The translations under genes were made by a program, and so were the position numbers. From Spizellomyces punctatus DAOM BR117 (Eukaryota): a DNA stretch of 41,099 nt. The DNA is taken from the NCBI GenBank assembly GCA_000182565.2, contig KQ257460.1; one strand, written 5' to 3'. The notes beneath the pieces are model-generated. The model had not been told where the DNA came from. It saw only the letters and a program-made list of their open reading frames with translations, and ran no database searches. This document shows positions 12,834 to 27,734 of this stretch, piece after piece (within the stretch, counting starts at the first letter, position 1; the number at the start of each line of letters is the position of its first letter).

Positions 12834-14215
12834 TTACACAGTTTCCGTCTCGGTAGACTCGTCGCCGCGAACAATATCGTTTGACTCTGTCTCGCCCTGT
12901 ACGGCCATTCTTTCATGGCACGTGCTGCGATGGACAGGCCAATCTTTCTTTTGGCATGCTCGGCCACAGTAGTACGCTGACCAGCACCGGCTGCATTTCC
13001 ACTTGCAAGGTTTGCGACATCGACTGCAAATACCGAAACAAATTGTCCAGCCGATTCTTAATCTGTCGTCTCCGGAATCAACGCGAATGCGTGGTATATT
13101 TGAGTCTGAGGACATTGCAGGGGATGATGGAGCAGTGTGTCGTGACCCTTCCTCTCCACCAACATGATCGTTGTGCGAAGATGCTGACTGCAGATGATAC
13201 CGTCCGTCTTCATCCTCAAGCCTTCGTACTCGTTTTTGGCTCATTCGCGAGAGGGTGGCAAACCAGTGATGGGAATATGAACAAACAAATGCTTTGGTAT
13301 CGGGATCATTCCAAACATCAGCCAGGGGACGTAACCCGCCCGTTGATAGTAAAGAAGATCGTGAAGGAGGCTGAGCTTCCTTGAGTTGAGTGAACAACCG
13401 GTCATGGCAAGACGTGCACATGGCTCGGGGAACCAACCGAAAGGCCAAGCCTTGGTACTGCCAAATGTAGGACGAGAGTGTACATTAGACATAGACATAT
13501 TCACAACTATCTTTTGCAAGATTCAAATCTCGAGTCGCAAGGTTATCCTGTAGCACTTGCAGTCTAAGATGTTTCCAAACGCTAAACCGACCCCTAACTC
13601 TCAGCTACGAACATACGGCCGCTCCATTCTAGAGCTTAATTTCCACCATACCTTATCTTCCATGACAGCTAGAAGCCTCTCATACACTAGGTATCCTCGT
13701 TCAACGTCGTGCATACAAGCAGGACATCGTGAAATATCGGTTTCCGGCCAGGTAATTTCATCATGCCCTCTTTTTCTGCGTAATTTTCTTTGCATAATTT
13801 CGCCATCCTGTTTACTTAATTTGACGGGAACAAAGTCCGTAAGACGTACTATCAGAGCAGGGAGGGATGGGTCGTCTTTGGACGTCAATAGAATGGTTTC
13901 ACATGCATCATGGTTCAAGTGGGTTATTAGGGCTGGAGGAGGTGCGAGCGGGGTGGTTGCGCTTGGGGTAGACGAAGGACGACGAGTCTGAGGAGTACTT
14001 ATACCTCGACGACCAGAGGACGGCCGTCTCTGGGACGCAGTATCCAAGTGGTCGTCGTCCGCTCCCATCAGTGGCCCAGGGTTTTGAGTGTTATCGTCCA
14101 CCTCGTCTTCCTGAAATATCCTTGCATCAACTGGGCCATCCCACTCTGGCACCGATTGCCGTATTATTTGCAAGTCCTTGAGCTTCCCGAGGCATATGCT
14201 GTGGATAGTGGCCAT
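12834..14215 (-). CDS. MYND-type zinc-finger protein (two exons visible)
   Basis: C-terminal CSRCRKPCKWKCSRCWSAYYCGRACQKKDWPVHRSTC is a canonical zf-MYND. Upstream exon 13601-14215 joins via an intron; extra CxxC motifs CPAC and CTSC. Confidence 0.8.
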
Positions 14216-14464
14216 GGTATAGGCGCAAAGAGCGTCCCTACACTGTATTTACAATCGACACGCAGTCCTGCAGCATTAGCTTCCTTCAACAAGTGGCAGA
14301 TCACGTGCTATACAGGACTGTGGACTAAGCCCAGCTGTTTACACCCCAAGCAAGAATGCAGGTTTTATCTACAATGTCGGATTTAGGTGAAGTCTAGCAT
14401 CAGATTCCCTGAACTATTTTCCTCGAACTGTTCCCCTTTATGCTGATGAGATGAGCATTGTGCT

Positions 14465-14598
14465 NNNNNNNNNNNNNNNNNNNNNNNNNNNNNNNNNNNN
14501 NNNNNNNNNNNNNNNNNNNNNNNNNNNNNNNNNNNNNNNNNNNNNNNNNNNNNNNNNNNNNNNNNNNNNNNNNNNNNNNNNNNNNNNNNNNNNNNNNN
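14465..14598. other. Assembly gap (N run); hides the 3' end of UPRT
   Basis: Run of n characters. Confidence 1.
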
Positions 14599-15525
<927 letters not shown>

Positions 15526-15777
15526 TAGTGTTGATGTCGATATGGCTCAAATTGTAAAGTGGGAGATATGGCTGAAGATATCCCCCAGAAAGCCTCATCT
15601 AACCTTATTTGGAATTTGGCCAATTTGTTCGTGGAGAATTTACTAAATATTATCTGTCATTCACCCATATGTGGAGTGTATCACGTGCTTGACAGAAGAT
15701 GACAGTGTGAGCAAGATCGGAGCTATCCGATCCTACTGACGATCAATGAGATTGATTTGTATTTCAGGTAGGGGGCA

Positions 15778-18700
15778 ATGGAGTGGGATGAGGAGGATAC
15801 GATAACTCATCAAGAGTCGAACTTGACATTTGGAAGAGAAGAGGGGGAGAGGGCAGGAGACGTCACTAGCCAGTTTCCAACATGGCTCTTTCCAGACACT
15901 GGCAAGTGTCAGACGACCGGTACATTGAACGGGGCGTACTTCGTCGATACAGAAACAACAGGTCTACAGGTCAACTTCCAATTGAACGACGGGTGGTGTC
16001 CAACTTTGAAGGCATCTCGCACAGGAGAGGTGACACCTCCAAGCCGCGCATGGGAGAAGCCGATCCCAAGAGGACGAATAGAGCGGGAAGTAGAGAGAAT
16101 GGTCCGGTATCATGAAGCAAACGCATACGATGCTTTTATTCCTCGTGATTTAATGCGAAGCCTGGTTATGGAAAGTCTAAAAACGGAACGGGAGGAGTAT
16201 GTGTACGATCCGTTTGGTGGAAACATTCTGAATGTGTATACACCGTATTCGGATCATGCCGTATTGGCGTATCCTGGCGGAAACGTGCTGAATGAAGTTC
16301 GTTTCGCACAATTGAATGGAGGAGGATCGGATGATGTAGTGACACCAGTGGACCGGGCCAAGCTAGCATTTGCAAATCCCATCTTGCAACTGACATCTTC
16401 CAAGACCGCTCCTTCTCTTTCTACATCAAGTAAGGTATATGCATATATGGATTATTTATTAAAAGAGCATCAAACGTTGAATGCTGATGATTCATGTGCA
16501 GGACTGCTTGCTGTTCGCGATCATGGTTCAGTCGCGATCGTGGCGACCAGTGCGGCGTCGGAGTTATCTGTCGATGAAACCTCAAATGCGGGGCTAGCGG
16601 ACTGGCCACCGCATGATGACTTTCCGATGCCTCATCTCATTGATGTCGTCACATTCAACCAACGGCCGCTACATATGACATTCAGCCCTGTTCTTGCAAA
16701 TGAGGCAGCCATAGTTTTCGATGGCGGAGAGTTATATTTGTGGGATGGCTATCAGCCAACAAGTAGCAGGTATTGGTTGGCTATAGGCAGTATCGGTTGT
16801 TCAATTATTAAAATCTCATCTAGATCAACGCTCCTTGCAACATATGACGATAATGCCTCGTCGTATCCCCTGCGATGGAAGAGCTGCGAGTTTGGTGCCC
16901 ATCCCCGTACACTCATGGTAGCTCACGCGAATCGTTTAGAGACAATTGACTTTCGGTCGCGCGGAATTATGCCGACACCCATATTTAAGGTGGACAGTAA
17001 CGAACGGATATGGGCATTTAATCGTGAGCATGATGAGCCTTTCCAGTCAGTGCTGTGCACTTCTGAAAGAACTGTGTTGTTGGATATCCGCTTTCCACGT
17101 CGTCCGTTATTGCAATGGAAATTTCAAAATAATCGGGATCCTCCTATCGGGATTGAGTTCCTCCCAGCAGACCGCAGATATCATCAGCATGATTGGACGT
17201 TCGTGACCTGGACTCGTCTTCGTGGGGAAATTATGGCTTTTAACCATAGATCCTTGCACACGAGCCAGACTATCAAGTCGTCCTTTTACGAGCATTTCTC
17301 ACCATCGATTACGCTACCACCTTCCTCATTTGCACGGCCGACGTTACTAAACCGGTTCCGTCCGCATGGATATGAATCGTCCCAGGACAAGTACTCCAAA
17401 GTCGCTTACGGTACATGGGGTCATCAGCAGGCACTTATAGAGAATGAAGAAATCCCCGGATGGCCACCGCTACGTGGCCTCACGTTATTCACACCGGATC
17501 AGCGCGCTCATATTGATGTCTTGAAGATTGAAGACGACGGTAGAGTTTCTTTTGAACGGTACGGGCATGCCTCCACTACCACCGAAGCAGAGAGCAGGTC
17601 TCCCCCTTTTCAGTTGAATTTGGAGGAAAATAGTAATCCTGACACCGACTCTGCGATGTGTCAGTCTGATGGCACCGAATTAACACAGTCGGAAGTGCGT
17701 CGACAGAATTTGCCCGGTCTCTACAAGGATCACGAAAGGGTGGACTGGACGATGTTGACCAAAGGTATGTAAATCGTTCTTTGTGGCTTTTGAGATCCGC
17801 AATTCTGATGATGTTTCGGTATTTGAATGTTTCTGCGGTCTCAGCTATTGAGTTGTGCTTATTGAGTAAGGCGACTACGGATATAGATATCGACCGTTTG
17901 TGCGCAATCAAGGAACCGTGGCAGTGGGCTATGAGATCTCGCAAGGAGACTCGACAAGCCACGTTGTAAGTATCAGGTGATTTAAGCGAGAGAGGTGCCA
18001 AAGTGCTAAACGATGGCGCTTCAGATGGGAGTTGGTTACAACTGAAGGAGAAGCTGTTACGTACGGAGAAGACGACAAACCAAACCTGCCTGATCTTTAC
18101 GCTTTTGATCGATTAAAGCGCGAAGAATCGAATAATCCACCATTGGGGAACGATGAACCCGCGATATCAAGAATTTCCTACGCGGAGCTTTTGCTTGACC
18201 AGGGAGAAGGCGATCATGATGTTTTACGAAAACAAATGGAACAATTATTTCCTATTGATATGCGCGAGGACAACAATACGTCAACTGCGAGTACCACAGT
18301 TGCTGATGGAACCGAGATTGCCCGAGAGTTATTAGTGAGGGACGCGTATCTTGCAAGCCGGTTGATATTGCAACCTCATGGAAAGCCTGGAGCAACAGAC
18401 CATAGTATGGAAGGCGTACATGAGCCAGGCATAGTCAATTCAGAATTGTCTGATACGGAGGATAAGTTTCGGTCTAGCGATCACGTCAAGGCCGGTGTCC
18501 TTTACACCCCGTACTCCGATCACCCTGCTCGTTTATCTGCAGCTGCCATGGAACTGCGAAAGAGATGGACAGATCCCGATAAATATTATGGGCTGGAATC
18601 TACCGTAGACTATTCACAAGAGGCTGGTGTAAAGCGGAGAGACAAAGCCGGCGCTCTCGAAAGGCTAGCTGAGCGGAGACATGGCCGTAGCCTTGGAGCA

Positions 18701-18952
18701 GGGGAAACATCTGTACCGAGCGTCTTCAGCAGCAGTCAAATGAGTAGCTACAGTGGCGGAGCTGATGACGCGGATTGGTGGGCCAGCAGCATACCTAGCC
18801 AAACTTGGTCTCAACCACAGGTACATACTGGGTGGTCGTTGCTCTCACAAGGTACCACTGGATTGGCACCCTCAAGTCAGCCAGTAGGACAAACGTTCGG
18901 ATCAAGCCCTGCTAGCGCAAAGAAGAAGAAACCGCGACGAAAGGGATTTTAA
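15778..18952 (+). CDS. RRN6: RNA polymerase I core factor subunit RRN6/TAF1C-like
   Basis: Beta-propeller-like region (WKSCEFGAHPRTLMVA, TIDFRS, TSERTVLLDIRFPRRPLLQWK), S/Q-rich tail and terminal KKKKPRRKGF typical of Rrn6/TAF1C. A short upstream exon from ATG 15699 is possible. Confidence 0.7.
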
Positions 18953-19144
18953 ATAGTTACTAACCTAGATAATGTATATATTCTTGATGACATGCATACA
19001 AGCTAATAGTCTTATCTAGTGGTTCCCACTTGTATGATATCCCATTAATCTCACGATATTGCGTTCTTTTGATACCCCACTTTCATTCGAAGAAGAGCGA
19101 CATGGACAATCCGCGTCTGGCTTCGAAGAACTTGTTGATGGTGC

Positions 19145-19235
19145 TTACGACCAAAACAAACCTGATAATGGACATTAGATCTTTCAGTTCTGACGTCGGC
19201 TTCAAGATGACCATTTATGTGGCGGGTTATAGCTC
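19145..19235 (-). pseudogene. Decayed partial duplicate of UPRT exon 1 plus start of intron 1
   Basis: 19161-19235 aligns to 15436-15511 at about 65/76 identities by manual count, with a 1-bp deletion. Weaker similarity continues into intronic sequence (ttacgaccaaaacaaa vs ttacaacccaacgga). Confidence 0.85.
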
Positions 19236-20240
19236 AGCAGGAGGTGAAAGATTGCAAGTGTCATGTCAGATGGTTTTCTTTCTATCTCGGACCCGTTAGG
19301 AGTGAAAATGGACGATAGCATTCTGCCATTGCCGAAAAATTGGGTTCGTGGAAAGCACCGCATTATTACACAGCGCTCACTGTCATGATGAGCATTGGAG
19401 ATCGTAGGTGTTGATAGAATCATCTGTGGAATGAGAATAGATAACTCTTTACCTCTCTCTTAATGCATTGCTTGTTACCCGATCGTAAATGTATACCATC
19501 TGTATCATCCTTTGTTGAAGGTTTAGTCAACCACGTTATGTAGTCGCCCGCATATGAACGTTTTTTGCGTATGTATATTGCACATTCAACCATTTGCTTG
19601 CACCAAATCATCTGGTGAATATTGGTAAACTTTATTTGCTGATACATCTGAAGGACAATGGCATGCTGTATGGCTTGAAACCATTCATTAGGGGCTTACA
19701 GCTACTAGGCCCAATTGTAAATTCACACTTGCTAGCTTTAGTTAGTAACTGGTTAGCAATTTATGTACTAATCTTGACCTGTGTAAGTTCCTGACTTGCT
19801 ACCGCTGGGAAATTGGCGAGAACCTCGGATTCAACTTGGAAAGCATAAATCGATATTTCAATATAAACTATGAATTCACAATGTCTATGCAGCATCACCT
19901 CCTTCACATGATCTGGATCATGAGTTCCTTCTGTGATGACAGTCAAAAGCTGTATACCAACATCCAACATGGTATTCACATAGCATTATATCATGATTAA
20001 AATAACAATTCAATATATGAGCTGATTAAGCAATATCTGTTGGGAAAGAGGACATGCTGACGGTTCAGTCTAAACCGTCGTATATGCCACAATAAATAGC
20101 CATCCCAGAAAAAGAGTCAAACAATATCGTTCCGCCGCTGTAAAGGCACTAGAGTATTTACTTGTATCGACTCAGAAGATGCGACGGATGACACGTGTTC
20201 ACTGACCGATGTTGGAGACTGTCTGCTGATCTCCAAAGGC

Positions 20241-21859
20241 ATGTCCCTTCAAAAGGAAATCTTCAAAAAGCCCCCGATAGCACCCGCATCCCGTCCCACG
20301 GGAGGAGCTGCATCGACTCTTGAGGTCGAGAACGATGCTGCCAGGTTGCGTTATTACGCGCAAAATCCCATTACTGACCTGTAACGCTCACCAGCATCTC
20401 TAGATCTCAAGTAGGGACTTTTCATCCTGCGACCTGGACTGATTTTTTTGAAACCTCGCGAGACGTTCACGTACCAGCATCAGATGCAACATTTCGCGTC
20501 TACCAGACCGGATCAGCGACAGGTCCTCTATTCGTCTTCCATCACGGTGGCGGGCATACAGCGCTATCCTGGTCTCTGGTTGCGAGGCTTTTGAAGAAAC
20601 AGACTATCGGCGGATGCTCAATTTTATGTTTCGATTGTCGCGGCCATGGTATTCTACTTGGATTGCAGATCCCCTTTACTGTACGTTTGGGCAATGTCTT
20701 ATGTTTCTTCTCTAAATAAGGCGACACAAGAACATCAGATGACAGTGACCTGTCCCTTGAGCGCTTATCGCAGGATATGGCGAATCTTATGGATGTGCTA
20801 TACGACAAACAGCTGCCATCTGATGTCGTGTTGGTGGGTCACAGGTTTGTGCAGCTTCATTTGTGATCTCGAAGTATTGCAGATGCTCACCATGTTGCAG
20901 CATGGGCGGAGCCGTGGTGGTTGATGCTGCTACACGAAATAGTATAAAGAATTTACTTGGTGTTGCCATCATTGATGTTGTCGAAGGTGGGGACCTTCGG
21001 CTATATTGGAGAAGATGGCTCATCGCTCATGGTCTGACGGTTACATTAGGAACGGCTATGGAGTCCCTAGCGCACATGGAAGTATACTTGCGAAACCGAC
21101 CAAGCAGGTTAAGTTCACTTCAAGCGGCCATTCAGTGGAGGTACAGTGATCAAATTCCTTCTTAATGAATCTAAACTCATCACCCCAGTATCATGGTAGC
21201 CTACAGTCTGGAAGCATAAAGAACTTGGAATCCGCTAGAATATCCGTTCCCCCACAATTGAAACCAGTCATCAGTGACCAAGGTCAGACGACACATTATG
21301 AGTGGAAGACAAATCTCTCTGCCTCTCAGCCGTATTGGAAAGGTAGCTAGGTTTGTCATCAAAAACAGACCAATTGCTTACTGACGTTCTGCTATTTGAA
21401 GGATGGTTTCAGGACTTGTCTTCAAAGTTTTTGGCTGTGCGATGTGCCCGCATGCTGGTATTGGCTGGTAATGTTCCATTTTGGGTTACCGTTTCCATAT
21501 ATGGTACATCCTCACGTCTGTACGTCGACGAAAGGCACTGACCGTCTGGACACACCTCTAACTATTGGACAAATGCAAGGTACTGTACAGTTAAGAATTC
21601 ATCAAAAGATATGCAACTCAATTTTATGCTTCATGGAAGGCAAATATCAGCTGGTCCTACATCCTGAATCAGGGCATGCGATCCAGGTACGTCCTCCCCA
21701 CATGTATCCTAACCTGGCGCAATTTGAATGCTCTGCCGCCTTCAATAGGAAGATGAACCAGATAAGCTTGCTGCGACTTTGACAGAATTCTGGCAAAGGA
21801 ATGGCCCAATGAAGGTTATCAAGCGATTTCCTATCCCACCAAAGAAGCCTGTTGAATAG
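20241..21859 (+). CDS. PPE1: Protein phosphatase methylesterase 1 (PP2A demethylase; alpha/beta hydrolase), multi-exon
   Basis: FHHGGGHTALSWSLVA, FDCRGHG, nucleophile LVGH-SMGGAVVV, IDVVEG-TAMESL, SARISVP, LAG-TDRLDTPLTIGQMQG-KYQL, GHAIQ-ED, FWQRN. Confidence 0.93.
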
Positions 21860-22051
21860 CATATCAAGTAGTTCAATCTTCATACTATTCATGGTGGCTG
21901 GGTTCTGCATTGTGCACAATAGATCGTATTCCTAAGGCAAAGTATGGCAAAACCTAGTTGTTAGTGTGACGTGCAATGTAATGTAACCATTTTTGTTCGT
22001 ACATATGGACGGACATCTTGCACCCATCCAAAAGGCGATCTGGGCGACGCC

Positions 22052-25000
22052 ATGGTAAGCTCGTTGTGGTACTTCTACCTGCGTATATTTGCTTCACCAG
22101 GTCTCTGTATGGCCGTAAAGTACGCCAGATGCTTAACTTTTGAACGGGTTACATTACCAGGATATTCGCAACTTCTTCCAGCGGAAAGATACCAAGCCGA
22201 TTACCGCCTCAGAAGGAAGCAAAAAAACAGCTGCAGTAAAGGTATGTAGGACTGCTCTGCAAACATCTGCGTCACAAGGGTTTCTCATATGGCTGCTGTA
22301 CTGTTATATTTGCCACTTCCAGTCGGGACCAAAGTCAACCAAGGCACCTTCGACAGGTGAGCAACATTTGACATGTGGAGGTTCCAAAGAGGTGATGAGA
22401 TCTCAATGTACTCACTAAATTCGTCCACTTTTAGAAAACCCAGAGGACGCTGATGTTGCTCCGTATGTGACGGCGTTTGAGCCCTCAATCCTAACCCTAA
22501 CGAAACCCACAACTGACCATGCTTCTGTACACAGCTTACCAAGGACTTCTAAATACTTTGGCAGAGACGATGTCAATAACGCCCCAAAACGGAGGAAAGG
22601 ACGGGCCGTTATTGAATCAGATGACGAAGGAACTGAGGAAGCGAAAGAAGAGAGAACACCAGTGAGTGAAGTGCGCAATCAAAGTGATCAGAAATCCACG
22701 GAACGAGTGAGGTATTGTACCAGTAATAACACTCATAGTTGACTGACCCCATCTGTTGCTCATGCCATGTCTGAAGGGCATCTGTTAAGAGGCCAAGACT
22801 AGTGACGGAAGAAGCCCCTGAAGTAGATCCAAACGTCTTCTTTGGCGATTCGAAAAAGATTAAACGAAGCACAAAGCCGAGATCTGCCAGCAAACCTGTT
22901 GTGAAACCCTCTACAGAAAGTACCTCACCAAAGGTTCGACTTTTCAAGTATGAAGAAATGGAAATACTTCTATTAGCTAAAATCCGATATCAGGGTACCG
23001 GGGTGACTTCTGGTGAATTACAGGAACATGAAGAGTTGGTGGAAGTGAAGCAAACTCAAAGCAGCGACCAAGCAAAGAATGATCAAAAGAATAGAAAGCG
23101 GACACCTACAAAGCCACCGGCAAAGAGAAGACCATCGGATAATGATGAAGAGGATACCGAGGTCGACGAAGATCATGCGGGTCCGGCCCGGAAGAAGAGG
23201 GCGGGTGCTGACAACTCCCTGAAGAATGATCCTCAGCCAGGAAAGCGCAGGATGCCTTGGGATAAGGAAGTCCGGCAGAATGGCGAGGGGTCGACTGCCG
23301 AGAAGTCCCCAGCAAAATCAGCGCCGTCAGCTCCCTCGCCCCTGAAAACCGGTATGCAAAGGAGATGGCACACCTACTGAACGACGGTATTAAAAGAATT
23401 CACAGAAACGGCAAAGGAAATTGAAACGAAAATAGAGAATGGAGACGTCGAAGCGCCAGCTAAAAAGAAATTTAAGTAGGTTTATGTGAATAACCGATGC
23501 TTTGAGCGTATTAGCGCATGGCTAACTCAGCTCGATAGCTATGCACAGTATAAGCAAAAGCAAACTGCAGGGCCTAGGGCACCTGGATCAAAAGAAGTAC
23601 CGGAAGGGGCAGAGAACTGCTTATTGGTTGGTGCCCCACCGGATGCATCGCAAGTTACCTCTCTAATCACATGATTGCAGGGAATGGCCTTTGTGTTCAC
23701 CGGAGAACTAACCTCCATATCGCGGGATGATGCAGCCAGTTTGGTCAAACGCCATGGCGGTCGTGTAACCGGAGCACCAAGTTCGAAGACGTCCTATGTC
23801 GTTGTCGGAGAGGAGCCGGGAGAATCCAAGCTAAAGAAAGCAAAGGAGCTTAAACTACAGACTTTGGATGAAGATGGATTGTTTGAGCTGATTAGAACAC
23901 TTCCCGGAAAGACGTCGGCGGCGGTGACCACTCCCAAATCCAAAGGAAAAGGTAAAGGGAAAGCGGCAAACGACATTACAGATAGGCCGCAAGCTGTTGC
24001 CAGGGTCACTCCGCGCAAAAGGTAAGCTATCCAGATTCCCATCCGATTGGCATCGACTGTGGTCTCATCGTGCTTCCATGAAAATAGTGCTTCTGCCGAA
24101 CTTTGGACGGACAAATACAAGCCCGAAAATTATAAGCAAGTGATTGGGAACACAACACTGATTCAGAAATTGGCCTCGTGGCTGAAGAACTGGTAATCTA
24201 GCGGGCATTTGGTCGGAACAAGTAACCTATTGTGTGATATTCAACTGTTGAAATTAACAGGGACAGCTATCGGGCGAATGACTTTAAGAGGAAAGGGGGC
24301 GATGAAGCATCATGCTTTCGAGCAGTACTTCTATCGGGTCCTCCTGGGCTTGGAAAGACAACGTCAGCTCATCTGGTGTCGCGCATAGAGGGGTACGATG
24401 TGTTGGAGTTTAATGCAAGTGACACACGGAGCAAGAAGGCTCTCGATGTAAGTGTTAATTGCCCATTGCATTGCGCACTAGATCTGATACTTTTCTCAGA
24501 CTGTATTCAGAGAATGCACTGGAAGTCATGCAGTCACGGAGTTTTTCTCTTCTTCCGAAAATGGATCGACCAACAGTAATGGCAAGAAGGTTAGATATCC
24601 TACAGCTTCACGTCTTTGCACGATTTATTCATTTATATTCGTAGACTGGAGGGTTGCGGACGGGAAAGCGACAAGTTCTTGTAATGGATGAGGTGGATGG
24701 TATGTCTGGAGGTGACCGTGGCGGCACAGCGGAACTGATCCAACTCATCAAAAAGACAAAGGTAACCGTGTAGTCAGTCTTTTATCATCCGGTATTGGAA
24801 GCAATTTTCTTGGTATTGATGGCCATATATTGCAGGTTCCAATTATTTGTATTTGTAACGATCGACAGTCGCCGAAGATCAAGTCACTAGCAAACTATTG
24901 TTTCGATCTGCGGTTTAGAAGGTATGTGACTTGATATGTATTACCAAGTTTGGACTTGATACACTGATATGGTCCATCAAAGACCCACGGCAGCTCAAGT

Positions 25001-26550
25001 GGAAGCGCGTATACGTGACATCGCCGAGAGGTTCGTAGAATCTCCTGTTATACATTTCGGAGCATCGAACTAATAAGGTATCGCCGATGACAGCGAAGGG
25101 TTGATATTGAAACCAAATGTGATTGCAGAATTGGTTGCAATGACATCTGCCGATATCCGCCAAATCTTGAACATACTGTCAACTTATCGATTGTCGAACA
25201 ATATCATGACCTACGATCAATCGAAGCAAATGTAATACCCCGTGCAAGAATAGGTCGAAGCGCTGTAACTGACTTTGATATTTGGCGATAGGGCTAAGGG
25301 TTGGGAGAAGAACTCGGCAATGACACCATTTGATGTCACTGCTAAGCTATTCAGTGCCTCGGTCACGACGTCGAGTACTATCTCGGACAGAATTGAACTA
25401 TATTTCCAAGATTTTAGTCTGATACCGTTAATGGTGCAGGTAAGAAAGTGCGTGACTATCCTGTCAAATGCCGATCATGTAATCCTGTGGCAGGAAAACT
25501 ATGCCAAAACGAGCCCAGCGATCGCGCGACATTTGCATGGCAACAATAACAAACTTGTCGATTTTGAGACGCTGTCTTGCATAGCACAAGCGTCCGATTC
25601 CATTTCCTTGGGGGATCTAGTGGATAATGTACAGCGCAGGTAGGGTATTGCACTATGTAGCCATCTGCCATGTCTAAATTCGTCATTATCACGCAGCACT
25701 CAAAACTGGAGTCTAATGCCAGTCCATGCCGTGATGTCTACTGTTCGTCCGTGTTTCTTCACGCATGGTTCTTTAGGTGGACAAGTTCAATTTGCCGGGT
25801 ACGAAAACGTTGCACAGCGTCACATTTTCGCTACAGGGCTCTGAAGTATTATATTCTACCAGATGGCTTGGTCAGAACTCAAAGTACTCAAAGAACATTC
25901 GATTGCTGCGGGAGATCCAAACTCACATGCGTCTGCATATATCTGGCAATAAGAGCGAGGTGCGGTTGAACTACATGCCGACACTTGCTCCTAGCTTGGC
26001 CAAGCCCCTTATAAACGATGGAGCGGTAGGTGCAACTGTATCCTATCACTGGTGGTTGCGGACTCTTACGAGCTCCTTGTATGCAGGATGCGATTGACGC
26101 GGTGATCAAAACTATGGATGAATATTATTTGACACGGGAAGACTGGGACACAGTGATGGAGCTAGGCGTAGGTCCCAACGCTGCTTCTAAAATGTCCAAC
26201 AAAATTCCTGCGTCTGTAAAATCCTCATTCACACGAACGTATGTTGATAGGATTTTAACTTGCAAGTTGCGCTGTGCCCGAGCTTACTGACCTTTCGCAT
26301 TAGGTATAACAAGACAACGCATCCCACCCCCCTCTTGATTACCACAGTCTCGAAGGCCAGAAAGCCGGCCCCAGGGCCAGTACCAGACTTGGAGGACGTA
26401 GTGGAGGTTGACGAAGTGGATGCAGCGGACGACGATGAAGTTGATGATGAGGATGACATTGCCGGTGACAAATTGATAAAGCAGAAAGTTGCCCGCACTT
26501 CATCGGCTAAAGGAAAGGGGAAAGCGTCTGGGAGCGGCAGAAAGAGATAG
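22052..26550 (+). CDS. RFC1: Replication factor C subunit 1 (BRCT + AAA+ + RFC1 C-terminal domain), many introns
   Basis: M-DIRNFF start; [22 protein letters not shown]...[26 protein letters not shown]; Walker [53 protein letters not shown]. Confidence 0.97.
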
Positions 26551-26592
26551 ATGGCCTTGCCATAACCATGTGCATGTTCTTTAGCATCCATT

Positions 26593-27609
26593 CTAAAGGG
26601 TTTTATCATTCGGGCATGCCAATGCGTGTATTTGCGCCCAACCGTTATTGGCAATATATATTACGCCTGCTTGGCATTCGTCTAGTTGGCTGGGAAGGGG
26701 CCGGGTTGGAATACCATACTTTTCACACAGCATTGACACGGAATCACTCGGACGAATGAGTATTCCAACAGAAGCGGCATCTGCTCATGAAGCTTAATAA
26801 ACGATTAAGAGATTTGATGGTTTACCAAAAGAGTCTTACGCATGCAGGGAATGTCCGAAACGCTGAAAAAAGATGGTTTACATGTGCGAAGGAGAAATCA
26901 AACGTCTTGAAAAGCAACGATGTGGTTCTACGATACGCTTGGCATGTTCTGCTTACCTGTCTCCAATATATATACAACCATCTAGAGTTTCTAAGCGTTC
27001 TTGCAAACCTCGCAACTTATCAGATCCTGTCATGAAGCGTACAGAAAGTCCACCGGTGGATATGCCATGACTGTCATACTCCAGATCGTTGGCGAGAATA
27101 TTGGAGTCAGGAATACATATATTAGCAGCATTCAAAGTACCACGAATAATATCCATTGACCAATTGACTGAGGATAGGTAGAGAGCGACGTCATTCGATC
27201 GGTTCTCCAACCAACAATTTGCGAACGCGGCCCATCCTTTTTGTGTAGGAACACTTGCCCCCGCCGCAAAAAGACTTGCTCGCGTTGTCCCGCGGAGAGC
27301 GCCTGCTTCTATGACTCTAGATATTGATGCTCTCTCGACGGACTTGTAAGAGTCGAGATAAGCAAGCAAGTCTTCAGTGGTTGGTGGATCGTGGGTCGGC
27401 TCTGGCGGGGTGTGGTTTTTGTAGTTCTCCAGGTAAGCGTCTAGGAAAGAGGACCAGGCCGGGCATGTGGTGGGCCGTTTGGCGGTGGAGGCTATTACAG
27501 GTGTAGTATCACTGGTAGTAATAGTTTCGTCAAAGTCCAGGATGAGGCGGTCCAGTGTCGGCATGTTGGGTTCAGAGATCTCTGCTGCTTGCAACTGATC
27601 TCGTAGCAT
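26593..27609 (-). CDS. HAD-superfamily hydrolase (CTO1/YCR015C- or TH2 phosphatase-domain-like)
   Basis: HAD motif I LILDFDETIT, motif II SVNWS, ANDL, K in GSDK, motif IV YIGD-SVSD across an intron. Alternative start at 27564. Confidence 0.8.
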
Positions 27610-27734
27610 TCGAACGCGTGATCCTCACGTGCCTACATGCTGCGCGTCCTTCGCGTCCTGTCAGTTCCTCGTCGCGTTGAACGCTACGATGGGCAGGGGG
27701 AAGCGTACGTCCCCCTTAAAATACACACGAGTTC

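Noticed and set aside
22490-22501. CCTAACCCTAAC, containing an exact match to the vertebrate telomerase template / TTAGGG repeats
   Set aside because: It lies in a ~72-nt RFC1 intron, too small for a telomerase RNA. CTAAC is also the branch-point consensus, so a chance match is likely.
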